Shown: positions 55,056 through 64,000 of the stretch, one piece after another
How the letters are laid out: each line of letters opens with the position of its first letter
Numbering within the stretch: position 1 is the stretch's first letter
Source: a virus
Taxonomy: Duplodnaviria > Caudoviricetes
Reading direction: 5' to 3' (one strand)
Virus record (IMG/VR): IMGVR_UViG_3300036783_000180
Coordinates: 64,001 to 128,000 of that record
DNA length: 64,000 bases
The notes under the pieces: model-generated
Databases searched by the model: none
Told to the model about the DNA's origin: nothing
The model's input: only the letters and a program-made list of their open reading frames with translations
Translations under genes and position numbers: made by a program

Positions 55056-56351
55056 TCATAGTTCCTTCTTCTTACGTAACTCATATCTAGCACCTCTCCA
55101 TTTCTTACGTCTTTCTTCGGTACTCCGGAACATGAGCATGAAATCATCAGCACTAATAATACGTCTCGGTTTATTATCGATGTAAATAATCCCCATTGTT
55201 TCAAAGCTGTTATCATCGACATAAAATTGTGCTAATACACCACAATACTTCATAACCTCACGACGTTGCTTTACCGTTTCGTTAAGCTGACTTAAATCAT
55301 CTACATCTAATACATCCTCTTTACCTAACATGAAATGGATATAGGCTGAGAAGTGATTCGAAATCATTACGCCATGCTTTGCTTTCTTTATCTTACGTCT
55401 TGGTGCATACCTCATACTCTCATCTCCGCATTTCCTGTTTTTGAATATCGCTCACCGATATCTTCAAATATCGTAAACCCTGCTTTCATACGAGTAGATG
55501 CTTCCATTTTAAACGCCATCGATTTATCATAGAATTTCATGCTCAGTCCATGCAGGTTTCTAATTCCAATCAGCCCACCTTCTTCAACTGGTCGGTCAAA
55601 TATGGTATACAGTCCCGGTGTCCCTGTTCCTACATGATGCACCAATTCATCTAGTGTCATCATGTATTCAGGCTTATCTAGTTTCAGTGCAAGTTCTCTA
55701 GCAAACGATATTCTTTTTTCGTGTGGATTTGTAATTTGGGTATCAGGCATACGAATCATATCCAAGATTAAGCATTGCAATAAACATAACCTTTCATTAT
55801 CATGCATATCATTCAATGGATCCGTCATCTTTTCCAATTGATTTACCGTTTTATATAGTAAATAGTTGTTTAATCCTATATCTCTCGCTTTTCCCAGTTC
55901 CGCATCTGTTACTTCTGTTTGCCAATTGTGAATATCATCAGTCTTCTTAACCGACATATGTATGCGGTTAATGGCAACGTAGCAATCTTCTTGCGTCATT
56001 TCGTTCATCACATGCATTATGTTTTGTAAGTACTGCAAGTCCCTAACAGAACCAAATCCTATTTTATCTGTTTTCTTTAAAGCTCCATCTTGTGTGCCGC
56101 CCATTTTCACTAATTCTACAATTCCTTTTACCTCATTCATTCCGCATTCTCCTTTACGCTATTCTCGCTATTAAACAAGTGAATCCATATCTTTTATCTT
56201 CCTTAACTTCCATCGCATCAAGAGATTTCCTTAAACTCTCGATATCAATAATAGATAAATGGTCGTGGCTATCAATCGCATCGATCGTATTTTCCACGCC
56301 CTCTACAAATTTCACATGTGCCGCTACTATTACAACGAACTTCTTCTCCAT
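55056..56351 (-). other. Three hypothetical CDS (55056, 55412, 56154)
   Basis: First genes of the operon behind promoter 56450. Confidence 0.6.
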
Positions 56352-56449
56352 GACATCACCTCACGAAAAAATTAAACAATATACTCCTGTATATTGTTAT
56401 TACTTTGCTTTTAACATACGACACCGTTCGAGTGCTTTTAACAATTCAT

Positions 56450-56479
56450 ATCATATCATGTTCAAGGAAGTTTTGACAG
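56450..56479 (-). promoter_or_regulatory. Early promoter TTGAACATGA-TATGAT for the long early operon
   Basis: Extended -10 plus conserved element. Confidence 0.65.
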
Positions 56480-56499
56480 TTCGATTCTTTTAAAATGCA

Positions 56500-56664
56500 C
56501 AAAGAAAAGGCGCACTCATAAGAGTACGCCTTTTCTCCAGCAAGAAAGATTAGATTTTAGGAATTAAAATCAATGAATGAAAGTCGATATCTGCCAAAAA
56601 GGTATTACCTTAGCAACAGAATGAAAATCTGTAGACCAGAATTTAAAGCAATTCAACAAGGATT
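56500..56664 (-). ncRNA. sRNA unit 1 (~165 nt)
   Basis: Promoter TTGACT-17-TATACT (56699-56671); terminator 56501-56536. Confidence 0.7.
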
Positions 56665-56702
56665 ACCTTAAGTATACCGATTTGGATTTTATAAGTCAAT
56701 AA

Positions 56703-56812
56703 CGAAAAAGAGCCACGCATAAGCGTAGCTCCTTCCCAACAATTGGAGTATTTCACAATGATTCAAACCGTAACAATTCGACCTTAGAACAGTAACATTG
56801 ATGAATGACAGT
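56703..56812 (-). ncRNA. sRNA unit 2 (~110 nt)
   Basis: TTGAACATGA-TATACT (-10 at 56819-24); terminator 56704-56731. Confidence 0.7.
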
Positions 56813-56993
56813 GACCTAAGTATATCATGTTCAATGTAAAAAGAAAAGACCTAATCGAATTAGGTCTTTTCTGGCGTCAGTTTTGAAACTATTCGGAGTA
56901 TGCAATTCCATAGCACTTGTACTTAAAGGTGGGAAGTCCGACTCTCCTACAAGACAAACTTCTAAAACAGTGACCTAAGTATATCATGTTCAA
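56808..56993 (+). repeat. 27-bp direct repeat ACAGTGACCTAAGTATATCATGTTCAA (56808-56834, 56967-56993)
   Basis: Exact repeat covering the promoter and 5' end of units 2 and 3; a similar ~37-bp pair at 57368 and 57710. Confidence 0.9.
56838..56971 (-). ncRNA. sRNA unit 3 (~135 nt)
   Basis: -10 at 56978-83; terminator 56838-56872. Confidence 0.7.
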
Positions 56994-56996
56994 CGC

Positions 56997-57202
56997 AAAA
57001 AGAAAACACCTAGCTTCCGTTGCTAGGTGTTTTCTGAGACTCAATATGTCTCGTAAAGGGTTGTTGGAGCCTGAAGGCTCACCGGCAATAAGGTTTATAA
57101 TTCAAAAAGGTTGAGAAAAATAAAACTAAAATTGGATTGGTATCAAACATAGACATTGTAGAGACAGATTCATAACAAAAGCAGTTAAGAAAAAGTATCA
57201 GC
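56997..57202 (-). ncRNA. sRNA unit 4 (~205 nt)
   Basis: TTTACA-17-TATAGT (57237-57209); terminator 56997-57035. Confidence 0.7.
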
Positions 57203-57248
57203 ACAATTACTATATCATGTTCAAAGTAGTTTGTAAAGTCAGAACAAT

Positions 57249-57366
57249 AAAAAAGAAGACTATGACCGCAAAGGCATAATCTTCTTCATAAAAAGGTGGT
57301 GTAACAAGCATGACTCATCAAATCTTCAAAAGCTCTCGAAACTAATGAAGGAATATCGCGTTGTGC
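57249..57366 (-). ncRNA. sRNA unit 5 (~118 nt)
   Basis: TTGCAA-17-TATATT (57401-57373); terminator 57249-57286. Confidence 0.7.
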
Positions 57367-57404
57367 ATACATAATATATCATGTTCAAGTTACTTTTGCA
57401 AATA

Positions 57405-57512
57405 GAAAAACTAAAGTCCCTAGCAATCGTGTGCTAGGGACTTTAGTACCCAAAACATATATTAAAAGGATCACCATGGAACAAAAACCACATCTTACAA
57501 CTACAGCTCGTC
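57405..57512 (-). ncRNA. sRNA unit 6 (~108 nt)
   Basis: TTGACT-17-TATTAT with TG extension (57547-57519); terminator 57405-57446. Confidence 0.7.
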
Positions 57513-57550
57513 CTAGTCATAATAACACCTTTCACAAAGTCAGTCAATAT

Positions 57551-57708
57551 AACGTAAGGAACCCTCGGTTTTCCGTGACCGAGGGTTCTAAGTAAGAAAA
57601 ATAAGCTTATAAAAAAAGAAGAAAGGAAAAATTGAACAAGCAACAAGTAATCGCCAACTCGTAATCACACTGTAGAAATCTGCGAAGCTCATAACCAGAA
57701 ATGAGCTT
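57551..57708 (-). ncRNA. sRNA unit 7 (~158 nt)
   Basis: TTGCAA-17-TATATT (57743-57715); GC-rich hairpin 57559-57588 with weak U tract. Confidence 0.65.
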
Positions 57709-57745
57709 GTACATAATATATCATGTTCAAGGAACTTTTGCAAAT

Positions 57746-57881
57746 AAAAAATAACTCCCTTTGGGAGAGGGAGTTATTTTGGGAATCTGAGGGGACTCCC
57801 TAACGCAGTAAAATAGTTACACTACAACCAGCAAGATATCACACCAAGATATCATACACCAATAAGAATTTAACAACCAGT
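57746..57881 (-). ncRNA. sRNA unit 8 (~136 nt)
   Basis: TTGATT-16-TACAAT (57915-57888); terminator 57746-57780. Confidence 0.65.
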
Positions 57882-57911
57882 GCATTTATTGTATCATGTT
57901 CATAGGAAAAA

Positions 57912-60230
57912 TCAAGTAGTTATTTTTGTCCACTTCGGTTCTCCTAAATCAGATACACCAAGTCTCCAGTAACTTCCGTCAGGAGATTGTTGCACGATTC
58001 CTTTTGTTTTATCAGCAATCATGATGTCTCCGTACACCTTGTTATCTGTTTCCGTGCTCATAAACGCAGTACCAATGCCGTCACCACTCGTAGCGAAGAT
58101 TCTATTAACACGAATTCCTTTATTTTCGTTCGTATAACCCCAAATAGTGAACTTTAGTTTATATGTTTTCGGACTACGCGTTGCAACGTGTACAGTAGAT
58201 GCACTATTCTTCGTGACCGTCGAAACATTCGTATATGGATTATCCACTTTTCCAATGACACGTTCGATTTTGATGTCCGTTGGCAGCTCTGACCAAGCAA
58301 ACATAATACCGACAGACTCTAAACTATCCAGTCCATTAGACCCAAAGTCAATTTCGATGATAGCGGGCGTTTCTTTCTTCACATCTACCCATTTACAGAA
58401 CTGTTCTCTCCGCAAGGAGAACATGCTAAAGATATTACCACCCGTTTTCGCTACGCCAAGCGAGTTCACTTTATATCGTTTGTCTGCTCCGACCAATATA
58501 TCGTCTTGATCACCAATCATTAACTTATCACCTGGTAATCTTGGCGTAAAATCAGGTAACTTACTGCCTTCAATATACGGAAGGTAGGCGCGGCCGCCAT
58601 CTTTTGTGCTTGTCATCATCACGCGAGAGATAATCACTGTATTATTCTTTAAGTTACTGCCCCAAAACTTAATCTGAACCTTTGTACATTTGTCAGCGCC
58701 AGCCCAAGCAGCACTAACAGCAATAGCTTGCGAACGATTTTGCTTCGTCCAGTGTACACCACCAACCCATTTGTTCGTAACCGCATCAAACATATCCAGT
58801 TCATAACCTTTTGGCTGACCACCCCAAGGAGATACAACAGATAAGAATGCTGCATACCAGCAAGGTTCTGTAGATAAGTCGATTTCTAACACAACTGGAT
58901 TGTCATACGTTACATTCGTCATATCAAACGTAACACCCTGCTCTGAATCAAACGAGAATAAGTAAGATAACTCACCTTCTTTGATTGGATGCGTACTCGT
59001 TTGCTTAATTGTGAACCCGCGCTGATTACCATTTACCATCCAGTCGTCTTGATTCCCTAAGAAGTTTGGCTTATACGGAATGGAAATCGGGAATGCATTG
59101 ATTCGTTTGTCAGATACGTAGTTATTCGGACTAGGGCAACTATTTAAGTATCCTCTGTCCCACCAAGATTCAGTTAGTTCTGCCGCCATAGCTGATTTCA
59201 CTTCGTTGAACTTACTTGTTTCTGTGAATTCAAAGGCTGGATTCTCTTCATTCATCTTGTGTAAATCCCAGAAGAAGCCGCTAAACCTATTCAGCGCGCT
59301 TTCGCAATAAATCATACGCTTCGTTCCTGCTTCTGCTTGGAGTTGTAATTGCGTAAAGATGTTTCCGCCCACATCACGAGGTATTTCATGCAGTCCTTCT
59401 AAGTATAATCCGTACTCAAAGTTCATTAACGTCACTTGGTGGAAGTGGTTTGCATTCACCCACGAAGGTTTTGTCTTATCTACGATAGATGGATCCACAC
59501 GAAGATGCACACCTTTCCCGATATTCGTCATTGTAATGTTATTAAAGTGAACATTGTTAATGTACGTATCAGGCTTTGTTGCTTCCATCAAGATTCCAGT
59601 ACCTTTCCATCCACTCGTTGCACGTTTCCCTTTAATATTAATGTTCTTTAGCGTATGGCTTTCCTCATAGAACTGGAACATATCTGTCGCATCGAAGTAG
59701 AAACATGCTTTTGTGAAGTCTACATTCATTTGACGTAGATCAACCGTCGCCCCTTTGATTTCTGCTTCAGGTTTCAACTGGAATATATGGTTATCGGCCA
59801 GAGGTTTGATAACTGCATTCGGCGCAAAGTCTAACACAACGCCCCTCGGAACAACAATTGTCTTAGATAATCTATATTCTCCGCCTGGAACGTACAAAGT
59901 TTTAATCGATGCGCCCCCTACTTTATCCATCGCAGTTAAAAAAGCCGATGTTTCATCACCCCTAACAGACATCGGATTAAAATCAAGTATGCTTAAGGCC
60001 CTTTCTGCCACCGTTATCGAAAGAGGTCTTGGAACTGGACCAAGGACTTCTGACGGACCTAAGTTTTTATCCAACAAATCAACTTTTTCCTTCGTTCGAT
60101 CCGCCTCGATTGTGACAGTCTTTAACTTTGCGTCCATTAGGACGCTTTGGGAATCCTCTGATTTCCCAACTTTTTCTTCCACGATATTTTCAATCATCGT
60201 GCGGTCATTTTCTGTATAATGACGTACCAT
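57912..60230 (-). CDS. Beta-helix (pectate-lyase-like) tail spike / depolymerase with C-terminal beta-sandwich domains
   Basis: SILDF...GDETSAF...LYVPGGEYRLS; Asn ladders; two related GDQDD-initiated domains; C-terminal QSPDGSYWRL.VSD.G. Confidence 0.7.
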   Translation of the reverse strand: MVRHYTENDRTMIENIVEEKVGKSEDSQSVLMDAKLKTVTIEADRTKEKVDLLDKNLGPSEVLGPVPRPLSITVAERALSILDFNPMSVRGDETSAFLTAMDKVGGASIKTLYVPGGEYRLSKTIVVPRGVVLDFAPNAVIKPLADNHIFQLKPEAEIKGATVDLRQMNVDFTKACFYFDATDMFQFYEESHTLKNINIKGKRATSGWKGTGILMEATKPDTYINNVHFNNITMTNIGKGVHLRVDPSIVDKTKPSWVNANHFHQVTLMNFEYGLYLEGLHEIPRDVGGNIFTQLQLQAEAGTKRMIYCESALNRFSGFFWDLHKMNEENPAFEFTETSKFNEVKSAMAAELTESWWDRGYLNSCPSPNNYVSDKRINAFPISIPYKPNFLGNQDDWMVNGNQRGFTIKQTSTHPIKEGELSYLFSFDSEQGVTFDMTNVTYDNPVVLEIDLSTEPCWYAAFLSVVSPWGGQPKGYELDMFDAVTNKWVGGVHWTKQNRSQAIAVSAAWAGADKCTKVQIKFWGSNLKNNTVIISRVMMTSTKDGGRAYLPYIEGSKLPDFTPRLPGDKLMIGDQDDILVGADKRYKVNSLGVAKTGGNIFSMFSLRREQFCKWVDVKKETPAIIEIDFGSNGLDSLESVGIMFAWSELPTDIKIERVIGKVDNPYTNVSTVTKNSASTVHVATRSPKTYKLKFTIWGYTNENKGIRVNRIFATSGDGIGTAFMSTETDNKVYGDIMIADKTKGIVQQSPDGSYWRLGVSDLGEPKWTKITT

Positions 60231-60298
60231 ATTTCTCCCTCCCCTCATTTCTATTATACAGAAAAGTTCTGAAATTTCTCAGTCTTTTAAACAAATAA

Positions 60299-60329
60299 AA
60301 AAAAGACTAGGTTTCCCTAGTCTTTTTTT
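60299..60329 (-). terminator. Bidirectional terminator
   Basis: AAAAAAGACTAGG-TTTC-CCTAGTCTTTTTT. Confidence 0.8.
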
Positions 60330-60336
60330 ACAACTA

Positions 60337-60906
60337 CTATCGAAGTGGAGCTGGAATGAACGCATCACTACGGAAGTCAGTGCGGTAGATTGCACGAGCA
60401 ACCTCACCACGAGATACTTGCGTAGATGGACGGAAATTACCATCCTGCTCAACATCAGTTACGATGCCATGTGTGTAGCAAGCTTTTGCGAATGATTTTG
60501 CCCAATGACCGTCAAGATCTTTGAACTCATAGCGAGTTGATTCGAAGCCAGGTTTCACACCTAATTTGTAAGCTTTCGTAATAACAGTTACTAACTCACC
60601 GCGATTTAAAACGCGTTTTGGATAGAAGTTGCCTTCTGCATCCGGAGTGAAAATACCAAGAGCAGCCAAAGCTGTAATTGGCATACGATACGGATTATCT
60701 TGCGCCACATCTTTAAATGGATTTTTGTATTCTTGAGGAATAGCTCCAATCGCATTATAAATTGCAGAAGCAAATTGTTCACGAGTAATACCATCGTAAG
60801 GACCAAACTTACCGTCTCCAGTACCGTTCATAATCCCTTTTCCCGCAACATAATCAACAAAACCAAACGCCCAATGCCCTTCAGGTACATCTGTAAAACG
60901 TGCCAT
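60337..60906 (-). CDS. S-layer homology (3x SLH) protein without signal peptide
   Basis: FTDVPEGHWA...ITREQ; FKDV...LNRGE; FKDLDGHWA...VSRGE. Confidence 0.9.
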   Translation of the reverse strand: MARFTDVPEGHWAFGFVDYVAGKGIMNGTGDGKFGPYDGITREQFASAIYNAIGAIPQEYKNPFKDVAQDNPYRMPITALAALGIFTPDAEGNFYPKRVLNRGELVTVITKAYKLGVKPGFESTRYEFKDLDGHWAKSFAKACYTHGIVTDVEQDGNFRPSTQVSRGEVARAIYRTDFRSDAFIPAPLR

Positions 60907-61011
60907 ACAACATCTCTCCCTTTGATAAAGTTTTATGTGTTCAAGCGAACACAGGAATATCTTACCATATGTTACATAGTAGAATCAATATATCTTGAAA
61001 AATAATTTTCC

Positions 61012-61055
61012 GAATAATTAAAAGACGAGGTACGTACCTCGTCTTTTAATTATTC
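61012..61055. terminator. Perfect 44-bp palindrome (terminator)
   Basis: GAATAATTAAAAGACGAGGTAC|GTACCTCGTCTTTTAATTATTC. Confidence 0.75.
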
Positions 61056-62909
61056 TTTGTTTTTATTCGTGATGAACGGTACATCAGATAACGTCTTCGA
61101 ACCAACCGGAGATTCACTCATGATAGCAGGAACACCAAGAGCAGGAAGTATCTGCATATTCAATATCGATTCAATTTTGGTCACTCGCTTCATTACATCA
61201 TCTACAGAAGAAGCATTATCTTTCACTTTATCATTTAATTCATCCAGGTATTTATGCACACTCGTAATCTTTTGATTCGCATTGTTTACCCACACATTCA
61301 CTGCATCAACTTTCTCGTTAATATCTATTGAAATCCGACTTACACCTTCCGTCAGTTCTCTCCACTGTCTAGTAAGTGTATTGTTTTCTTCTTCTAATAA
61401 ATCGAAGCGTTCCTGATCTACTTCACGTTTCGTGTTCAGTGAATTAATACTATCAACTAATTTATCTTGATTTTTATTCACAGTATTAAGGCAACCTTCC
61501 ACAAAATTTGTTTTCACTTTTAATTCTTTAACATTCTCATCTGTCTTTTTCAGTAAACGTAGCGCTTCGTTTACATCAATAAGTTCTGCTTTTTGACAGA
61601 TAAGTTTTTCTAGAACATCCAGTCGTTTATGAATTTCATCCAGTGGGTCAACCATAGTTTCTGAGTTGTTAGCAACAATATCTTCTGGTGCAAGACCATT
61701 CAGCATTTCCACTAAATCATCAGCTGGATATTCAACTGCATTCATTTTACCAATCTCGTCATCAAAATTCCTTTGCAACTTTTCTAAATGGTGTACGGTA
61801 TTGTCCATTCGATTCATCATGTCTAGCATGATTCTACTAGAGTGTAGTGCCAATCCATTTAAATTAAATCCACCACCGATATTATCTGCATACTTTTTAT
61901 TCAAATCTGTTATCCACTTTACAGATTCCGCTAGCTTTTCCGCTTGCGCTTTTTCTTCTGTTGTATCGAAGAATTTACCATCTGCTCTATCTAAAAATTG
62001 TTTCGCGTAATCTGTAGTTGTTTTCCATCCTTGCACATCTTCAGGCGCTACTTGCCACTGCGTAGGTTTATCACGTAGTTCCCAGCCAATACTTGTTTGC
62101 ACTAACTCTTTCCCTTCCGGAACATCCACATACGGAATCATATATTCATTTCCATTCACTTCGCTTTTTATATGCATTTTCCCATAAACGATATTAAGTA
62201 GCTTAAATCCATTAGGAACATCACTCTGTAAAGAAGGATTCGGTTTATTATGTAGAACCCATCCCCTTCCGCTTACTTGCACGTATTCTTGTCCTTCCGG
62301 AGCAATCGGTGGTTGATTAGATACCATTATCCCCTCATCCCCTCTCACCTTAAGAACTCCTGCATCCTCCATCTTTTGCGTAATGCCAAGAGAAGCGTTT
62401 GTTGTTTTGTTGCAGTTAATTTGCCCACCGTTAATCGTTGTCGCTTTACCAACCCCGCTACCGATTTGCGTAAGTCCATCAGCGTTATATAACGAATCTA
62501 CTTTATGTTCTAAGGTAAGAAGTTCTTTTTGCATCTTCATAAATCGATCACTGACACTGCCTATTGAATCATCTAGCACATCTTTACTTACACAATTAGA
62601 AATCGATACTTCTAAACCTTTTCGTGTTTTATCGATGAGGAACATTAATCCTTCTACGTCAGATTTATCTGCTTTTCTTTCCATAAGAGCGTTCAGATTT
62701 TCTGCTGTGTTGTGTTCAAACACTTCAAAATCTACTTTAGAAACTTTACCATCAAGACGTTCTTCCAGTTGTTGAACTTTCGCTCTTAACTCCGCATTCT
62801 CTCTAGCTGTATGATGTAATATGTCCGAGTGATTATATAACTTATCCTCTAAATCACAAACCAAAGCCGATAACTTTCTTAACTTCTTCTCCATCTTTTC
62901 TTTCTTCAT
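61050..62909 (-). CDS. Coiled-coil early protein with tail-fibre-like snippets
   Basis: KADKSDV, VSKDVLD..IGSVSDR, TTINGGQI, WQVAPEDV. Confidence 0.6.
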   Translation of the reverse strand: MKKEKMEKKLRKLSALVCDLEDKLYNHSDILHHTARENAELRAKVQQLEERLDGKVSKVDFEVFEHNTAENLNALMERKADKSDVEGLMFLIDKTRKGLEVSISNCVSKDVLDDSIGSVSDRFMKMQKELLTLEHKVDSLYNADGLTQIGSGVGKATTINGGQINCNKTTNASLGITQKMEDAGVLKVRGDEGIMVSNQPPIAPEGQEYVQVSGRGWVLHNKPNPSLQSDVPNGFKLLNIVYGKMHIKSEVNGNEYMIPYVDVPEGKELVQTSIGWELRDKPTQWQVAPEDVQGWKTTTDYAKQFLDRADGKFFDTTEEKAQAEKLAESVKWITDLNKKYADNIGGGFNLNGLALHSSRIMLDMMNRMDNTVHHLEKLQRNFDDEIGKMNAVEYPADDLVEMLNGLAPEDIVANNSETMVDPLDEIHKRLDVLEKLICQKAELIDVNEALRLLKKTDENVKELKVKTNFVEGCLNTVNKNQDKLVDSINSLNTKREVDQERFDLLEEENNTLTRQWRELTEGVSRISIDINEKVDAVNVWVNNANQKITSVHKYLDELNDKVKDNASSVDDVMKRVTKIESILNMQILPALGVPAIMSESPVGSKTLSDVPFITNKNKE

Positions 62910-62938
62910 TTTTTCCTCATCCTTCCGTATTTTATTAC

Positions 62939-64000
62939 TTATCGCACCATGCTGTTTAAAGCTTTAATGATTAAGTTTAGAACAACGTTCGCCTGTGCTA
63001 CACTTTCTACTTCTTTTCCGTCCACTAACACTTTCCCGTCATCCGTCGCTTGCACTGTTGTTGCCACTGTTCCGTCATTATTTTTCACGACGATTGTGTT
63101 TTCTTTCGGCGGTTCCACTTCACCTGAAACAGATGCATATCCTTGATACTTATCAAACAACTCGGCCATCGTCATATTATTCCATTTCGCTAATTCTTTT
63201 GCGAGAGCACATACATTACGGAAAGCCGAGCAACCCATTTCATTACATAAATAAGTTAACAAGTCTCTGTATTCATCTTCTTTCCACTCACGATTTCTAT
63301 CCCAGCAAACTAAACGTTCTCCGCCAACAGTCTTCGTATCATTTGGGTCGCCCATATTACTTCCTTCAGCCCAGCGCCAGCCGCCATGTTGCCAAAATCC
63401 GTCTTCGGTATCTCTTTCGTCTGCATCGTTGCTTAGTTTTTCAAAATCTTCTTTCGTTAATTCATACACTTTATAATCTGTATATTCATTTCCGTACGTT
63501 ATCGTTGCTTGAATCCCTAGTCGCTTCAAATCCTCTTCGATATTCCCTTGTACTAAAATCTCTACCATCATGATCATCCTTCCTAGATTAGAATATTAAA
63601 TGCCATAGCGCCCAAAACGTTCGCTTCCATTTTCCTTTTACTAACTCATATCCATCTATGTAGCACTTTCCGTTGATTGTCGTGATGTTATTACCTCTCA
63701 TCTTCTTATGAAACGGAACAACTTGACTGCCCAAAACAACAACACGTTCCTTCGAGTTAACAATGACTGTTCCGCTACAGAATGCTCCCATCTTTCTCAT
63801 CCTTCCCCGTTGTTATGACCTTGAATTTCTATAAACGCAATGTTGTTATGCGGAATAATTGTATTATTAGAAATGTATTTACCTGACTTACTATAATTAA
63901 TGTTCTGCAAGTGTTCAAAGTGCTTCAGCATTTCATCTCTGTCATCAAAGTCGTGTACACAACAGCCACCATATTTTAAATGTATAATGATTTGCATCAT
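62939..64000 (-). other. Three hypothetical CDS (62939, 63588, 63797)
   Basis: Coupled ORFs. Confidence 0.6.

Noticed and set aside
57443-57646. 67-aa ORF from the track
   Set aside because: No RBS, low-complexity F/L/S composition, and it crosses a hairpin and a promoter.
56500-57900. tRNA cluster
   Set aside because: No cloverleaf, T-loop GTTCRA or CCA patterns seen here or in the 31.2-31.9 kb gap.
56450-57915. CRISPR array (repeats with unique spacers)
   Set aside because: The repeats are non-palindromic promoter sequences, spacing is long and irregular, each unit has its own terminator, and no cas genes are in the window.
284-63573. Numerous short antisense ORFs in the track
   Set aside because: They lie opposite well-supported genes, lack RBSs and have shadow-frame composition.

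Overview
A 64-kb piece of a large lytic Bacillus (probably B. cereus-group) myovirus genome. 1-10 kb (minus strand) is the head/neck/contractile-tail module: prohead protease, scaffold-like proteins, capsid, neck proteins, tail sheath and probably the tail tube start. 10-13 kb holds SSB, guanylate kinase and YhaM. 13-29 kb has A-rich plus-strand cassettes behind a shared phage-specific motif, plus three paralogous tail-fibre genes. 29-64 kb (minus strand) is a dense early/accessory region with an endolysin, HNH endonuclease, glutaredoxin, RtcB, a vWA protein, a Tad2-like DUF2829 protein, an SLH protein and a beta-helix spike. Three things stand out. (1) At 56.5-57.9 kb there is a tandem array of eight promoter-sRNA-terminator units; five of the RNAs are complementary to a Shine-Dalgarno plus start-codon region, suggesting a battery of trans-antisense silencers. 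(2) Several early proteins are built from short snippets of large-terminase and tail-fibre sequence, including an unannotated 52-aa terminase-motif peptide; these are candidate decoys for host pattern-sensing immunity. (3) A ~715-nt structured non-coding transcription unit lies at 31.2-31.9 kb. All family assignments are from recognised motifs; no database searches were run.
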